A stretch of DNA of 64,000 nt from Octopus vulgaris. Taxonomy: Eukaryota. This document shows, one piece after another, positions 1-12,265 of this stretch. The translations under genes were made by a program, and so were the position numbers. The number at the start of each line of letters is the position of its first letter. The first letter of the stretch is position 1. The DNA lies in contig OX597829.1 in assembly GCA_951406725.2 (NCBI GenBank), positions 39,618,001-39,682,000 on the forward strand. Direction: 5' to 3'. The notes below the pieces were generated by a model that did not search any database, was not told the origin of the DNA, and saw nothing but the letters and a program-made list of their open reading frames with translations.

Positions 1-1337
1 TTATTAGTCATGACATGTATGAATTAGACTTCTGACCTATATATATGTGTATGTGTGTGTGTGTATATATATATATACACATGTCATTATCATCATCATC
101 ATTGTTGATTAACATCCGCTTTCCATGCTGGCATCAGTTGGATGGTTTGACTGAGGGCTGGCGAGCCAGAAGGCTGCACCAGGCTCCGATCTGATCTGGC
201 AATCTTTCTACAGCTGGATGCCCTTCCTAATGCCAACCAGTCCAAGAGCGTAGTGGGTGCTTTTTATGTGCCACCAGCACAAGGGCCAGTCAGGCAATCC
301 TGGCATCGGCCATGCTTGAACGGTGCTTTTTATATGCCACCGGCAAGGGAGCCAGTCAGGCGGCACTGGCAATGACCATACATATGTATATATAATACAG
401 TGAATTATACATGTGTATATTGTGCAGTGTATATACGCACATATACATCATCATTATCATCATATAACATTTGTTCTTCAATGCTGGCATGGGTTGGACA
501 GTTTGATAGGGGGTGATGAGCCAGAGGACTACCCTAAGCTCCAAAAGTCTGCTTTAATAAGGTTTTCCCTGCTGCATCCCTTTCCTAATGCTAAATACCT
601 CACAGAGTGTACTGGGTGCTTCTTTTTTTTTTATCGTAGTGGCAGTAGTGAGGCTACCAGGTATTTGCTTGACAAGACACCTCAACTGAGTCGAGGAAGG
701 TGAAAGTATTTTCAAGTGACAGGAATAGGTGTCTTCCAGATGGAAAGGGAGAGAATGAGAGATAGTGCGTGGTACCCTCAGCGGGGTATAAGGCGAACAT
801 AAGAGAGAACAGGGATAGAGGAACAGACAGATTGGGTGGCAAAGAATTAGAGATGGGGACTGAGGTGGAAGCAGTGAATATTGTGTATGTGGAGGGTTGG
901 ATGAAGGAAATAGGAGTGGGTCATGGAAGAGGAGAAAGTGATAAGGGACAGTAATGAGGATATAGTGTGAAATGTAAGCTCTTAAATGGTATCACTTATA
1001 GCCCTTGAGTGAGTGGTACCGCAGTTAGAAGATTGATGGAGGGACAAGTGTAAGAAAATGAGTTGTTAGGGAAGGCTTGAGTGAATTTCGTCTTTGTTGA
1101 GTTGGACGTGTCTTTACAAGCATAGCATATTGTCGTCCATCTCTATTCTTTGTCATCTATTCTGTGAGGTTCATTATCTTGAAGTTGGTCTTCACTACTT
1201 CATCCCACATCTTTCTGAGTCTCTCTCTCTCTCTCTCTCTGGTTCCATCCATGTCTAATGATGGTAATTCTTTAATCAGTGACACATAACCATATCAGTG
1301 ATGTCTTCTCTTTTACACCCTACATCTGATATCTCTT

Positions 1338-1565
1338 ATACCCACACTCACACAAAGGAGTGCTGAAAGGTTCTTGGCTTTGGATAAACGAAAATACAGG
1401 AGAATCAGTTAATTATGATTTTATTCAACACATTCCCCTCTCAGATTCACACACTTTTTGCAGTGGTTCTTCAGTTTTTCTAAGCCCTGTAAAAGAACTC
1501 GGAAGGTTGGGCCTCCAAAGAGGTCTTTCACAACACCCTTAAAACCAGGAACTTTTCAGCACCCC
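1338..1565. mobile_element. Mariner-like MITE
   Basis: Imperfect TIRs GTGCTGAAAGGTTCTTGGCTTT and AAAACCAGGAACTTTTCAGCAC. Confidence 0.6.
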
Positions 1566-1936
1566 ACATATGTGTATTTGTGTGTATGTGTGTGTGTGTG
1601 TGTTTGTGTGTCATATTTGCCATAGCTGAGCTGTATACAAATTTCATGAGATTAATGTTAGCAAGTATATTGTTCTACCAGATGTTTGCTGGGACTGAAC
1701 TTAATACCTCAGAGATTGCGTCAACTTGTAGAATTAAGTGCTGCCCAAAAATGTAACATCAAAATACATACCTATCACAGTATCCTTAAATATTCTTAAT
1801 TAACATTCTTAATTATGATCTCTTAGTCTTTCCTAAAGTTGTTTTCTGTGAATTGTTGGAATTTAAATTCTTCTCTTATTTCAATTTTTTTCATTATTTA
1901 AATAACATTTTTTAAATTCATTTATTTATTCAACAG

Positions 1937-2037
1937 TGTGAAAAATTAAAGAAGAAAAGGAATGCTTTTATGGGGCCTCTTAGAATTGCTCACGGAAATT
2001 CTATTGATGAAGTTGACAAACGAATCCTCAATGCAAG
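1937..2037 (+). CDS. STIM: STIM internal exon, SOAR/CAD domain N-part (CEKLKKKRNAFMGPLRIAHGNSIDEVDKRILNA-R)
   Basis: Acceptor caacag|TGT, donor AG|gtaatg, 101 nt. The translation aligns without gaps to the human STIM1 segment [34 protein letters not shown]. Upstream exons lie outside the window. Confidence 0.93.
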
Positions 2038-2404
2038 GTAATGCCATTTTACATCCTTTCCTAATTAGACAGAGTGTTAAGTAATCATTGAGTTCATCAT
2101 CATAATCATCATCATAATCATCATCATCATCATCATCATCACATTATTTGAAGTCCACTTTTCCTTGCTTGCTTCATTTCAAAGAGATACTTATTAATTA
2201 CAAATAATAGTTCATTTTTGTTGGGTTTTTTTTCTTTTTTAAATCTAATTTGAAAATCAAATCTATCAGAAGAGGAATAACATTGGTGCCATAGATTCAC
2301 TGGAGATTTGAGATTGTAGAACCATGTTATGTCTTCTGATTTTGACGTTAATATATAGAGCTGAGCTGTTCACAGATATGAGATATCGTTCTTTCTCTTT
2401 TATT

Positions 2405-2628
2405 TCATCATCATGCTTATTATGATCATTATCATTATCATGACCATCATCACCATCATGATCAGTACCATCATGATCAACAATTTCATCAGTACCATCA
2501 TCATCACCACCATCATGATCACGATCATCATTCCTACAATCACCATCATCCCTATCATCATCATCATCATCATCTTCATCATCGTTGTCGTCGTCATCAT
2601 ATCATCATCATCATCATTATCATCACCA
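2405..2628. repeat. Degenerate (ATC)n tract in a STIM intron
   Basis: Seen directly in the sequence. Confidence 0.95.
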
Positions 2629-2917
2629 TACATTTGCTTGCCATGACGGCAAGAGTTGGATGTGCTTAACTGGACTGGATCAGTTTATATTCATAGTTCC
2701 TGCTTTCTTGTACTTTAAACTTATCCTGGCACCAGCACTGTAGAGGTCATCTTGCCTTCGGCACAACTGAACAGTACTCTCAAACTTTGTGTTATCTCTA
2801 TTCATACCACTTCAAAGTGTTGTTGATGAATGAACAGTGTTTTTTTTTTCTTGATATTTCTCTGATAGAATTAATAATCAATCACATTATATTTTTTTTC
2901 TTCTTACTATTTTTAAG

Positions 2918-3063
2918 AGCTTCATTAGAAGTGGTTCACCAAGATTTGCAAGAGCGCCTTGGTCGATGGAGAGCTATTGAACGCCTCTGTGCATTTTCTG
3001 TGACCAAAAATTCAGGATTGGCTTCCCTGATGCAAACAATGCATCAAGACAAACTAACTCCAG
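2918..3063 (+). CDS. STIM: STIM internal exon, SOAR/CAD C-part (ASLEVVHQDLQERLGRWRAIERLCAFSVTKNSGLASLMQTMHQDKLTP)
   Basis: Polypyrimidine tract + ttttaag|A, donor CAG|gtaaat. The phase-2 start matches the previous exon. Similar to STIM1 [33 protein letters not shown]. Confidence 0.93.
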
Positions 3064-3241
3064 GTAAATATTTAATTTGTCTGTAATTTCTGCAACTGAT
3101 CATTTATATTTGAAATTTTTATGTGAAATTTTATTTGCAAAAATTGATTCTAATGCATTTAAATCATATGGATGATTCTTATTTTGTTTTTCTTATTTGC
3201 CTTATTAAAATATCCATTTATTTCTTCCATAAAGAATATTT

Positions 3242-3645
3242 GGATCTTTTCGGTTTGAACTGCAGTTTTTCACATAATTTCTAGGTAACTAAAAAATTTT
3301 CAACTTCGTATACTGGTAGAATGTATTTATAAAACATCTTTTTCTCTTGGCTTTATTGAGAAAATTCTATAGTTTGTAACATATTTGTTGGGTTTTTTCT
3401 TCAGTTTCTGCAATTTCAACCAATCAATGACTGTCTATTGAGGTGAAAACATTCTGTGCCGTATGAATATGTCCCTTGTTTAAGAAACAGATTGGGTTTA
3501 TTTACATTTGTGAAGAAAACAAGACACTCTAACCCTAACCCTAAAATAGATTGAAATGCAATAGATCGATACTAGGGTCATAATTATGGGTGACAATTTC
3601 ATATGACACCGCTAGAAAAAACTGCCGTTCAAACCGAAAAGATCC
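3242..3645. mobile_element. Non-autonomous DNA transposon (MITE) with GGATC termini, 8-bp TSD and internal CCCTAA repeats
   Basis: TIR GGATCTTTTCGGTTTGAAC(T/G)GCAGTTTTT at both ends. TSD GAATATTT at 3234-3241 and 3646-3653. Confidence 0.88.
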
Positions 3646-4440
3646 GAATATTTTTCTTTATTCCCTTTTCAAACTATTCTGTATCATTTCTTTCTGTTCA
3701 GCAGGGCAATCATTGAACTATCTTCATTGATTTTTCTTCACATGATAAAAAATGTAAACTTTTAAATTTATAACCTTTTTGATACCAGCCTGCCTCGGAC
3801 TGCCCTTGGTTCTGTGATATAAACTACATCTTTTTTAAAGTGGTCTGAATTAAAACTTCCCATCAAAATTTCATGCTTCAAACACCCGCTTAATAATGAC
3901 AAAACTATTTCATTGTATTCTCCGTTATTTTAAAAATTGATTGAAATCAAATCAGTGTATTTCAACTGAAATATGGTAACCTGATCAAATTTGTTTTTAC
4001 ATTATACACGGATACAAACACATACACACAATTACACACTCATACAATCACACACACACACGTAAACACAAATGCGAGCACAATCACACACACACATATG
4101 TACATACACACGCACACACATACATGCAAAGTGTGGAGGTGTGTTTATATGTCAGTAAAAATAACACATTTCTCTATTTAGTGAGGGTTACTTGAATAAA
4201 TTTAATAAGCTCATTGTAACTGTTTTTGTTGCGCAATTACTAAATTTGTGTACTTCTACTATCCTCCAAATTCTTGTTGTTTTGGCTTTGAGTTATACTG
4301 ATGAAGAAATTGAAATTTGCCTAATTCATTATTGTTAATCTTACATCCTGTTTTCCATTTTGTTCTTCAAATATCAGTTCCTTTTCACTTGCATTTTATC
4401 TTTTTTTTTTAAACTTTAAACATTGTTATGAGTAAATAGT

Positions 4441-4736
4441 GGAGGCACATGGCCTAGTGGTTAGAGCAGCGGACTCACGGTTGAGGGATCGCGGGTTCGA
4501 ATCTCAGACCGGAAGATGTGTGTGTTTACGAGCGAAACACCTAAGCTCCACATGGCTCCGGCAGAAGGTAGTGGCAAAACTTCTGCTGACTCTTTCACCA
4601 CAACTTTCTCTCATTCTTTCCCCCTGCATCTTGCAGCTCACCTGCGTTGGACCGGTGTCCCATCCAGGTGGGGAACCTATACGCCAAGAAACCGGGAAAC
4701 CGGCCCTAATGAGCCAGGTATGGTTCGAGAATGAAC
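4441..4736 (+). mobile_element. tRNA-derived SINE with TSD
   Basis: A-box TGGCCTAGTGG and B-box GGTTCGAATCT. TSD ATGAGTAAATAGT at 4428 and 4737. Another copy at 36695-37000 (-). Confidence 0.88.
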
Positions 4737-5022
4737 ATGAGTAAATAGTGTTGTTAGTTACTGATTGCCTGAATGGATGTGAAAATTTTCAGTCATTTTA
4801 GGGTTGTGTCCTTTGCTGATGGTAGTCAAGAAGCTAGAAATGCATTCAACATCTTGCCTGATGGTAACCATGAAATATCTGTTTGTGTTTTTAACACCTG
4901 TTGTCTAATGGGAGGATTCTCTTTTCAATGGCAAGCAGTGAATAATGAATATACCTTTTTTTACTAATCAAATATATTCCCATCATATTTGAACTAATCT
5001 ATATACATACATACATATATGT

Positions 5023-5093
<71 letters not shown>

Positions 5094-5160
5094 CGTGTTT
5101 TGTTTTTAAATTAGTAGGGATAGAAGGCAAAGTAACAATATAGATTAAGAGAAAACAGAG

Positions 5161-5191
<31 letters not shown>

Positions 5192-5578
5192 CAATAAGCA
5201 AAACTTTTATCAGTATATATATATATGCGTATTGGTGCAGCTGTGTGGTAAAAAGTTTGCTTCCCAACCACATTTCCAGGTCCGGTCCTACTGTGTGGCA
5301 TCTTGGGCAAGTGTCTTCTACTATAACCTCAAGCTTACCAAAGCCTTGTGAGTGGATTTGGTAGATGGAAACTGAAAGAAGCATGTCATATATGTTTGTG
5401 TTTGTCCCCCTGCCATTGCTTGACAACTGATGTTGGTGTATTTACATCACTATAATTTAGCAGTTCGTCAAAAGAGACCAATAGAATAAGTACTAGGCTT
5501 ACAAAGAATATGTCCAGGAGTTGATTTGGTACTCCAGTGTGGTTGCAGTCAAATGAGTGAAATAATAAAAGATTAAAA

Positions 5579-5617
<39 letters not shown>

Positions 5618-5714
5618 GAAGTAAACACATAAATGTGAAACAATGTGGAAAAAAGAGTACTCAAATACCAGAGGTAGAGTAATATGCTTTATTTAAAAGC
5701 AGCAGAAGTTCAAC

Positions 5715-5761
5715 AAAACCTGTTACTTGGAGTTTCACGTTCCCGTTCGTCAGACAGTTTT
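5715..5761 (-). ncRNA. Minimal type I hammerhead ribozyme, intact core, in a short repeat (about 5615-5761) within (TA)n
   Basis: Minus strand reads CUGU-CUGACGA-ACG-GGAA-CGU-GAAA-CUCCAAG-UA-ACAG. A half copy of the family lies at 42923-42974 (+). Confidence 0.8.
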
Positions 5762-6213
5762 GTATATATATATACATCCAGCTTTAGAAACTCTGCCAGA
5801 TCAGATTGGAGTCTGGTGCAGCCATCTGGTTCGCTAGACCTCAGCCAAATCGTCCAATCCAATGCTAGCATGGAAAGCGGACGTTAAACGATGATGATGA
5901 TGTATATATATATATACACAACTGAATTTTGCTTCATCAGAACCAAAGGTACTTGGATTTTGCATTTGTATTTACTCCATACACATCCAATGCTTCAGCT
6001 TTGAATAACTTACTAAATTCTTACATATGTTTTGTGCTTTTTTTCCTCTCCTCTTTGGGAATTTAGATGCACATCTTTTTTTCTCTCAAACTTCCCTCTT
6101 TACCTCCTTCTTTCCAATTTACTCTTCATATCATGAAACCTGATTTCAAAGTAACAAAATGTATTATGGTTTACTGAAATCCTTGTTTATAATTTTCTTG
6201 TCTTTGATGTCAG

Positions 6214-6296
6214 TGTCAGGAAGAACTCGTTCTATGAGCCTTTGTAGCATTTACAAAAACCATTCCATACAGTGTAAAAATATTGGTGTCAGTTGA
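6214..6296 (+). CDS. Candidate alternative terminal or cassette STIM exon (VSGRTRSMSLCSIYKNHSIQCKNIGVS*)
   Basis: Acceptor ttttcttgtctttgatgtcag in unique sequence, in frame with the phase-1 donor at 3063. Followed by AU-rich sequence and AATAAA at 6837. No homology support. Confidence 0.3.
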
Positions 6297-7017
6297 AATA
6301 ATCAAGTTGTTTGATATTAACAACATTAGTTACCCCCAGTTTCTCAAATCTAGACTATACTGAATGCGATTCATGTTTGTTCATTTTTGTTTAATTTCTA
6401 CCAGCTTCTGAAGTGTAGCTTCTATCAAATATAATACCCAAACATTTATTATTGCATGCAGATACAACTAAGTTAAGATATGATTATGTTTGTGGTAGAA
6501 AGCTAAAAATCTATTTGTCAATATGTATGAGGAGTACTGTGTGTTTTTTGAAATTGTCACATTTCAATTAGAAGACAACTACTACTACAATCTAGCAGGC
6601 AATCCATAGGATGGAATTGAATACATGATCAGTGCACCCTGGACTCTTCTTTGGGAGGCTCCTAAATAGAAACAGACCTACATAAACATTGCCATGTGCA
6701 TATTGCCCAACTACCTGATTCAAAGATGAAAATATATGTCTATGATCTTACATGGTGTATAAAATACAATTAGTCTTACATCAGAAAAGTGCACGTATGG
6801 GTTAAAAGACACTTCTGTACTACTGCTTTTTCTATCAATAAACATGTACAGAAATAACAAGCCCAAAACATTTAGGTTTCAATCGATGTCACAGAATGAA
6901 ACGTTGGGAATCTCAGAATAAAAGATGCCATCATCATTAGCAATACCAAAGCGCATATTAACAACAGAACTAAGCTACATGCAGCTGAATGGCTATTATA
7001 GCAAAGCTGTCCTGTGC

Positions 7018-7132
7018 ATGAAAAGCAACCCCCCATATACAGGCAAAGCAACCCTCCCATGTACATGCAAAGCAACCCCCCATATACATGCAAAGCAACC
7101 CTCCATATACATGCAAAGCAACCCTCCATATA
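7018..7132. repeat. 23-bp minisatellite, about 5 copies
   Basis: ATGCAAAGCAACCCTCCATATAC repeated in tandem. Confidence 0.85.
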
Positions 7133-9004
7133 TATATACCCCAGAACAGAAAATCTAGCTTGTAATCCAAATGTCCAAAGATTTCCTGAATAAAGGGTCT
7201 TAATCCCCAAATATCAAAATACAAGATAAAAAAAAACCAAATCATTGACTTACCTTTTTTTTTTATAACTCACAATGGCTTGGCTTTTCCAGAAAATTAA
7301 ATCACGTAACTGTGTGTGTGTGTGTGTGCATGTGTATGTACACACTATTTTAAATTTAGCTCATAACAGCTTGTATTTTGTATAAATATAATTTTCCCAC
7401 AATGGAAGAATAACTAAATACTCATCAGACAAAAATTATGAGAAATGTTTGTAAAATTATGAGAAAGGTTTGTAAAGGAAGTTTGAAAAGAAAACAAGCT
7501 GGCAAGAAACCACAGTGCTGTGACAAAAAAAAATTGAATAAATACCCAAATGAAAAAAAAAAAACAGAAAGCAAAACAAAAATGTGTATGTGTGTGTGTT
7601 TATATTTGTTTGTCTATCTGGTTACCTACCTTTGTATACATCATTAGATTTTGTCTGATTGCATCTGTCTACCTCTGAGTTATCTATTTCTCTACCTTGA
7701 CACCTCTAATAAATATTTAGTTAATTTTTTTTTACAAAAGTAATATCACATTTGATAATGAAAATGTCAATTTTCAATTTTCCAGTAACTAATATATTTT
7801 TTAATGTTGAACAACACTCTCCTCATAGTTGAAGGTTCTGGTTTTGTGAGTTACTTCATGACCTGTCTATTGCTGTTTCTACTTTAAAAAGTACCCTGTA
7901 CAAAATGGTCAGCATTAGAAAGGACATCCAGCTATTGAAACCAATGCCAAAACAGACTTTGGAGTATGGCACAGTCCTCTGGCTTGCCAGCTCTCAACAA
8001 AATGTCCAGTTCATGCCAGCATCAAGTCTTTGGATTGGTATATAGATCAAAGTTCAATTTAAGAGTTCATTAATAATGTTTACCCAGGAAAGCAATTTTA
8101 ATGTAGCATATACCTTGCCCTCTTTGTTGCGACCCCATAACAGCTTTTCACATCCCCAGACTGGGAATCCCTGGTTTATCTAATATCAGCCATATTTACC
8201 TTTCATAATTTCATTATCAGCTGATGATATTTGTTTATTTAAAAACATTTTTTAATGATAATGATTTTTAAAAAATTTTAATTTTCAACTAATAATAATA
8301 GATATTAATAATACTAATGTTTTTTTTTTTTTGTTTGTTTCAAACTCTGAACTATGAAAGTATATTTTCCATGCTCTTTATATCAATGAATGCTGAAAGA
8401 ATTTTTTCTTTTTTTTTTTTCTTACCATAAATACATTTTCTTTCAAACTTGACATGGTTTTTTTTCCATATTTCTTTTATTTTTCTGTTATTAAATTCAA
8501 TTTGATTTTCTCTTCTTTTTATTTTATTTTATAGTATGTTATTACAAAATTATTTATAGTAAACAACAATAATTAAAAGCTACATCAGAATTTGGATATT
8601 AACAAAAATTTTTGGTTTACATTTCAATTTCATTTACGCATTTTTGCATGCATGTGCTTGTAGCTCTATATCTCTATATGTATTTAAATGTGTGTGTGTG
8701 AGTGTGTGTATGTATATATATATATAAAAATATAGGGATGGTATTATTAAAATACTATCACAAGTGGTAAGTGAATTATCAGACGTACAGGCAAATTAAT
8801 AAAATATATACATACAATATTAGATATGTACATATATACACAAGGGTACTACATGAGTACCTATATCGCTAAAGATAGAAGTCAAAAAAATACTTCTGTA
8901 CCACCGAATAGTCACAAATCCATTACAGACATAATAGGAAAAAATATCAGTGAACAATAATAATGTCTTACTTCAAATGGGTGAGAACAAGTAAATGCTG
9001 GTCA

Positions 9005-9066
9005 ACTCGGTACCAGTTTCGAAATTTAGCGCCAAATAGGTGCCTGATTTCTCATCAGCCAAAGTC
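9005..9066 (-). ncRNA. Type I hammerhead ribozyme, intact core, inside a roughly 480-bp unit (8731-9208) with short terminal direct repeats
   Basis: Minus strand reads UUUGG-CUGAUGA-GAAAU..AUUUC-GAAA-CUGG-UA-CCGAG. Direct repeats atagggat..tattattaaaatac.atca at 8732 and 9179. Confidence 0.75.
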
Positions 9067-9319
9067 CGCCATCTAAATTACTACTAATATTCTCCCTCAC
9101 CATGCCTGCAAAAATTCGTTTGGAGTGACCAAGCACTGTAGGAACAAATGAAATGTGGAAAGTTATTTATAAATAAATATAGGGATAATATTATTAAAAT
9201 ACCATCAATATATATATATATATATATATCTTGATGTCATACGAATTTACAAACTTCAAGACAATGTGATTATATACACAGGCTGGGCTAAATTTGGCAT
9301 TTTTTTGTCTCTTTTTTTT

Positions 9320-9765
9320 TTTCTGGAACGGCTTGACATATTGGTGAACAGTTAATGGTGCTGAAGAGCTTAAAGATTAAAGTTGTAGTTGAGATCAGGT
9401 TAGCTAACATGGCAAGACCCTGCCTCAGTAAAGCTGGACTCATGAGTCATCTTCGTAGTCCTAAAGCAAGACAGATGAGTGACAACCTGGCCACTGGTGG
9501 TGGTGTTACATACCATACTAATCATATTTGTCAGGCATGTGGAAGAAAGTGTAATTCGGCAGGAGTACTTAAACGACATGCATTGGTACATGAAGTCCAG
9601 TTACAACTACAGCCAGCTATTGCCGGTAAAGGTTTTAGCTGCCAGTTCTGTACAAGACATTGTAGATCTTTAACTGGGCTAAAATGTCACATTCGATCAC
9701 AGCACCAGTAACAGTTAAGCTTCGTGCAATGGCCATAATTGATAACAAGGGGGTAGCCATCATGT
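9320..9765 (+). mobile_element. RTE-like LINE 3' end with C2H2-type zinc fingers
   Basis: CQACGRKCNSAGVLKRHALVH and CQFCTRHCRSLTGLKCHIRSQH, then a stop, a short 3' UTR and a microsatellite tail. No splice signals link it to STIM. Confidence 0.6.
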
Positions 9766-9828
9766 ATGTATGTATGATAGATCGTTAGCCACTACACACA
9801 TTTTTTTCTCTCCTTGTTTTCTGTGTAC

Positions 9829-9864
9829 CTTTCTGTAGAAGAGCGTAGGCTCGAAACATAAAAG
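9829..9864 (+). ncRNA. Hammerhead-like motif with variant core CUGUAGA, in a repeat at about 9780-9956
   Basis: CUUU-CUGUAGA-A-GAGC-GUAG-GCUC-GAAA-CA-UA-AAAG. Second copy at 55175-55210. Confidence 0.55.
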
Positions 9865-11019
9865 ACTTTTTCTATTCCTGAGCATAATACTAATACATCT
9901 GTTTGTTTGTACACCACCTGCCTTCGTCTTTTGTTTTTTTTCGTAAACTCTCCCTATATGTGTGTATGTATGTGTGTGTGCATGTTTGTAGGTATGTGTG
10001 TGTATACATATGTATGAGTGCATGTATGTATGTACGTATGTATGTATGTATGTATGTATGAAGATGGTGGCCTGGTGCAATCATTAAGACTATTGGTAAA
10101 ATATCTTGCGGTATTTGTCTTGGTTTTTAGACTTTGAATTCAAATCCTGCTGGGTTCAACCTTGCCTTTCATATTTTTTGTACCAACAAAGTGCTTGCCC
10201 TAAGTAAGTAATGGGTTGGAAGCATTACTAATATTAGATGAGATGTCTTTTATCATCTGTTCCAGCTCTTTCTATTCAGATTTGAAATTCTGCATAGGAC
10301 TTTCATTCTTGGGATCTCTCCTTTTATCCACAGTCACCACTGATTATTACAGCTACAAAGGACAGGGAAGGATCGTGGCTCTCTGCTACAGTAAATCAAT
10401 GAGAATTGGTGACAGGAACCGCATCAGTCTATAGTCCTTCATGTCGAAAATGCAACATAATTGGGAGATGTGATCCCAACCGTTCTAGAAGGACAGTTAA
10501 CTCTGAATAAGAATTGGTCCATACTGTGGCAACTCCTCTAATTCATGACAGCGTGGAAAAGTGGATGTAAAATATCTCACCAACAGTCATTGTGGATCAC
10601 ACGCACTAACAAAACCTCAGATACTTCATGTGTTGCTTCACGTGTTTTTATTAAAAAAATTTTTTTTTTACAGTCAAAATTTGTAAGATGATGAAATATA
10701 TATTAAACAGGAATCCATGAAGAGAGCAGAAAAAATTTAATTTGAAATTTATTAATTTCTGTATATTTGAAACTGCAATCCATAATATAATTCGACATTT
10801 TATTATTGACAGCATCAGTAGAACATGTGAAAATGTATTTTCTCCCATTTAGTTGTGTGTATTTGCAGTTCTCTTGCCTTAATCGCACTTTGCTTTTAGA
10901 ACTCTTTTAAAGTTGATAGAATAGGTACCAGTTTAATACTGGGAGGTCAATACATTTGATCGTTTTTTTTCTCACAAATGTGTGACCTCATAGTTAAGTT
11001 ACAAATGGCTCTTACTCTT

Positions 11020-11397
11020 TTACCCTTTTACTTGTTTCAGTCATTTGACTGTGGTCATGCTGGAGCACTGCCTTTAGTTGAGCAAATCGACCCCAGGACT
11101 TTGTAAGCCTAGTAGTTATTATATCAACCTCTTTTGCCGAACCACTAAGTTACGGGGATGTAAACACACCAGCATCGGTTGTCAAGCAATGTTGGGTGGG
11201 GACACACACACACAAACATACACACATGTATACATATATACGACAGGCTTCTTTCAGTTTCCGTCTACCAAATCCACTCACAAGGCTTTGGTCAGCCCGA
11301 GGCTATAGTAGAAGACACCTGCCCAAGGTGCCATGCAGTGGGACTGAATCCGGAACCATGTGGTTGGTAAGCAAGCTACTTACCTCACAGCCACTCC
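11020..11397 (-). mobile_element. CORE-like tRNA SINE
   Basis: Reverse complement of the 12809 family. Confidence 0.8.
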
Positions 11398-12265
11398 AAA
11401 GCCTATGGCTTCTATATTTTCAATGATGTTTTATGATATTTTCCAAGGATAAGTGAAAGTGAATGCATTAATGAATTTACACTTCTGAAGATGTGTTCAC
11501 GACTGAATGGTTAAAAAGTTAGCTTGCCAACCACAGAGTTTCTTGTTCAGTCTCACAGAAAAACACCTTGCCCAAGTGTCAGCTACATAGCACTGGGCCA
11601 ACCAAAGCCTTATGAATGCATTTGATAAGCAGAAAGAAGCCTGTTGTGTGTGTGTGTGTGTGTATGTTTCGTCTTGACATCACTTGACAGTTCTAAGTGT
11701 CACCGTCATTCAAGTGGAATCCTCAATATCCAATCTTTTGTGTAAACATGTCTGGTTCCTCATAAAAAAAGCACCTGGTAGATTCTGCAAAGTGGTTGGT
11801 GCTAGGAAGGGCATCCAGCTGTAGAAACCTTGTCAGAAAAAGACAATTGGAGCCTGGTACAGCTCTCTGGTTTGCCAGCTCCCGTCAAACCATCCGACCC
11901 ATGCTAGCATGGAAAATGAGTGTTAAATGATGATGATGTCTGGCAAGAGGAAAATAATATCTTGCTTGGAAACAAGTGAGTGTTGATGACAGGAAGAGCA
12001 TCTGACAATTAAAAAAAATCTACCTTGATGAATTCATTGACTTATGTAAACATTAAAAAAGAAAAAGTGAACATTAAAATAATAATGATGATGATGGTGA
12101 TGATGATGATGATGGTGATGGTGAGGAATGATCAGACTTTGTATTTTAATTATATTGTTGAAAAAAGTTTGTTTTTTTCTGTTGATATTTAAATGATATT
12201 GAGAATTTATTGCCAAGTAAACAATATTTATCATATTCATTATTATATTTTCTTTGCATTTCCAG

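Noticed and set aside
4299-4320. Isolated CTGATGA matches (also 5934, 7422, 8222, 23673, 43664, 47837)
   Set aside because: They lack the paired stems and a properly placed GAAA/UH, and are expected by chance in AT-rich DNA.
4441-4515. Functional tRNA genes (also 63336 and 36925-37000)
   Set aside because: The tRNA-like heads continue into shared SINE bodies with TSDs and do not form a proper acceptor stem or terminator.
4793-4863. Extra STIM cassette exon
   Set aside because: The AG/GT pairs I tried give 62 or 71 nt (frameshifting), and the pyrimidine tract is weak.
9355-9711. Host C2H2 zinc-finger gene nested in the STIM intron
   Set aside because: No TGEKP linkers, and it ends with a short UTR and microsatellite tail like RTE-clade LINE 3' ends. 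A similar remnant lies at 31634-31837 (-).
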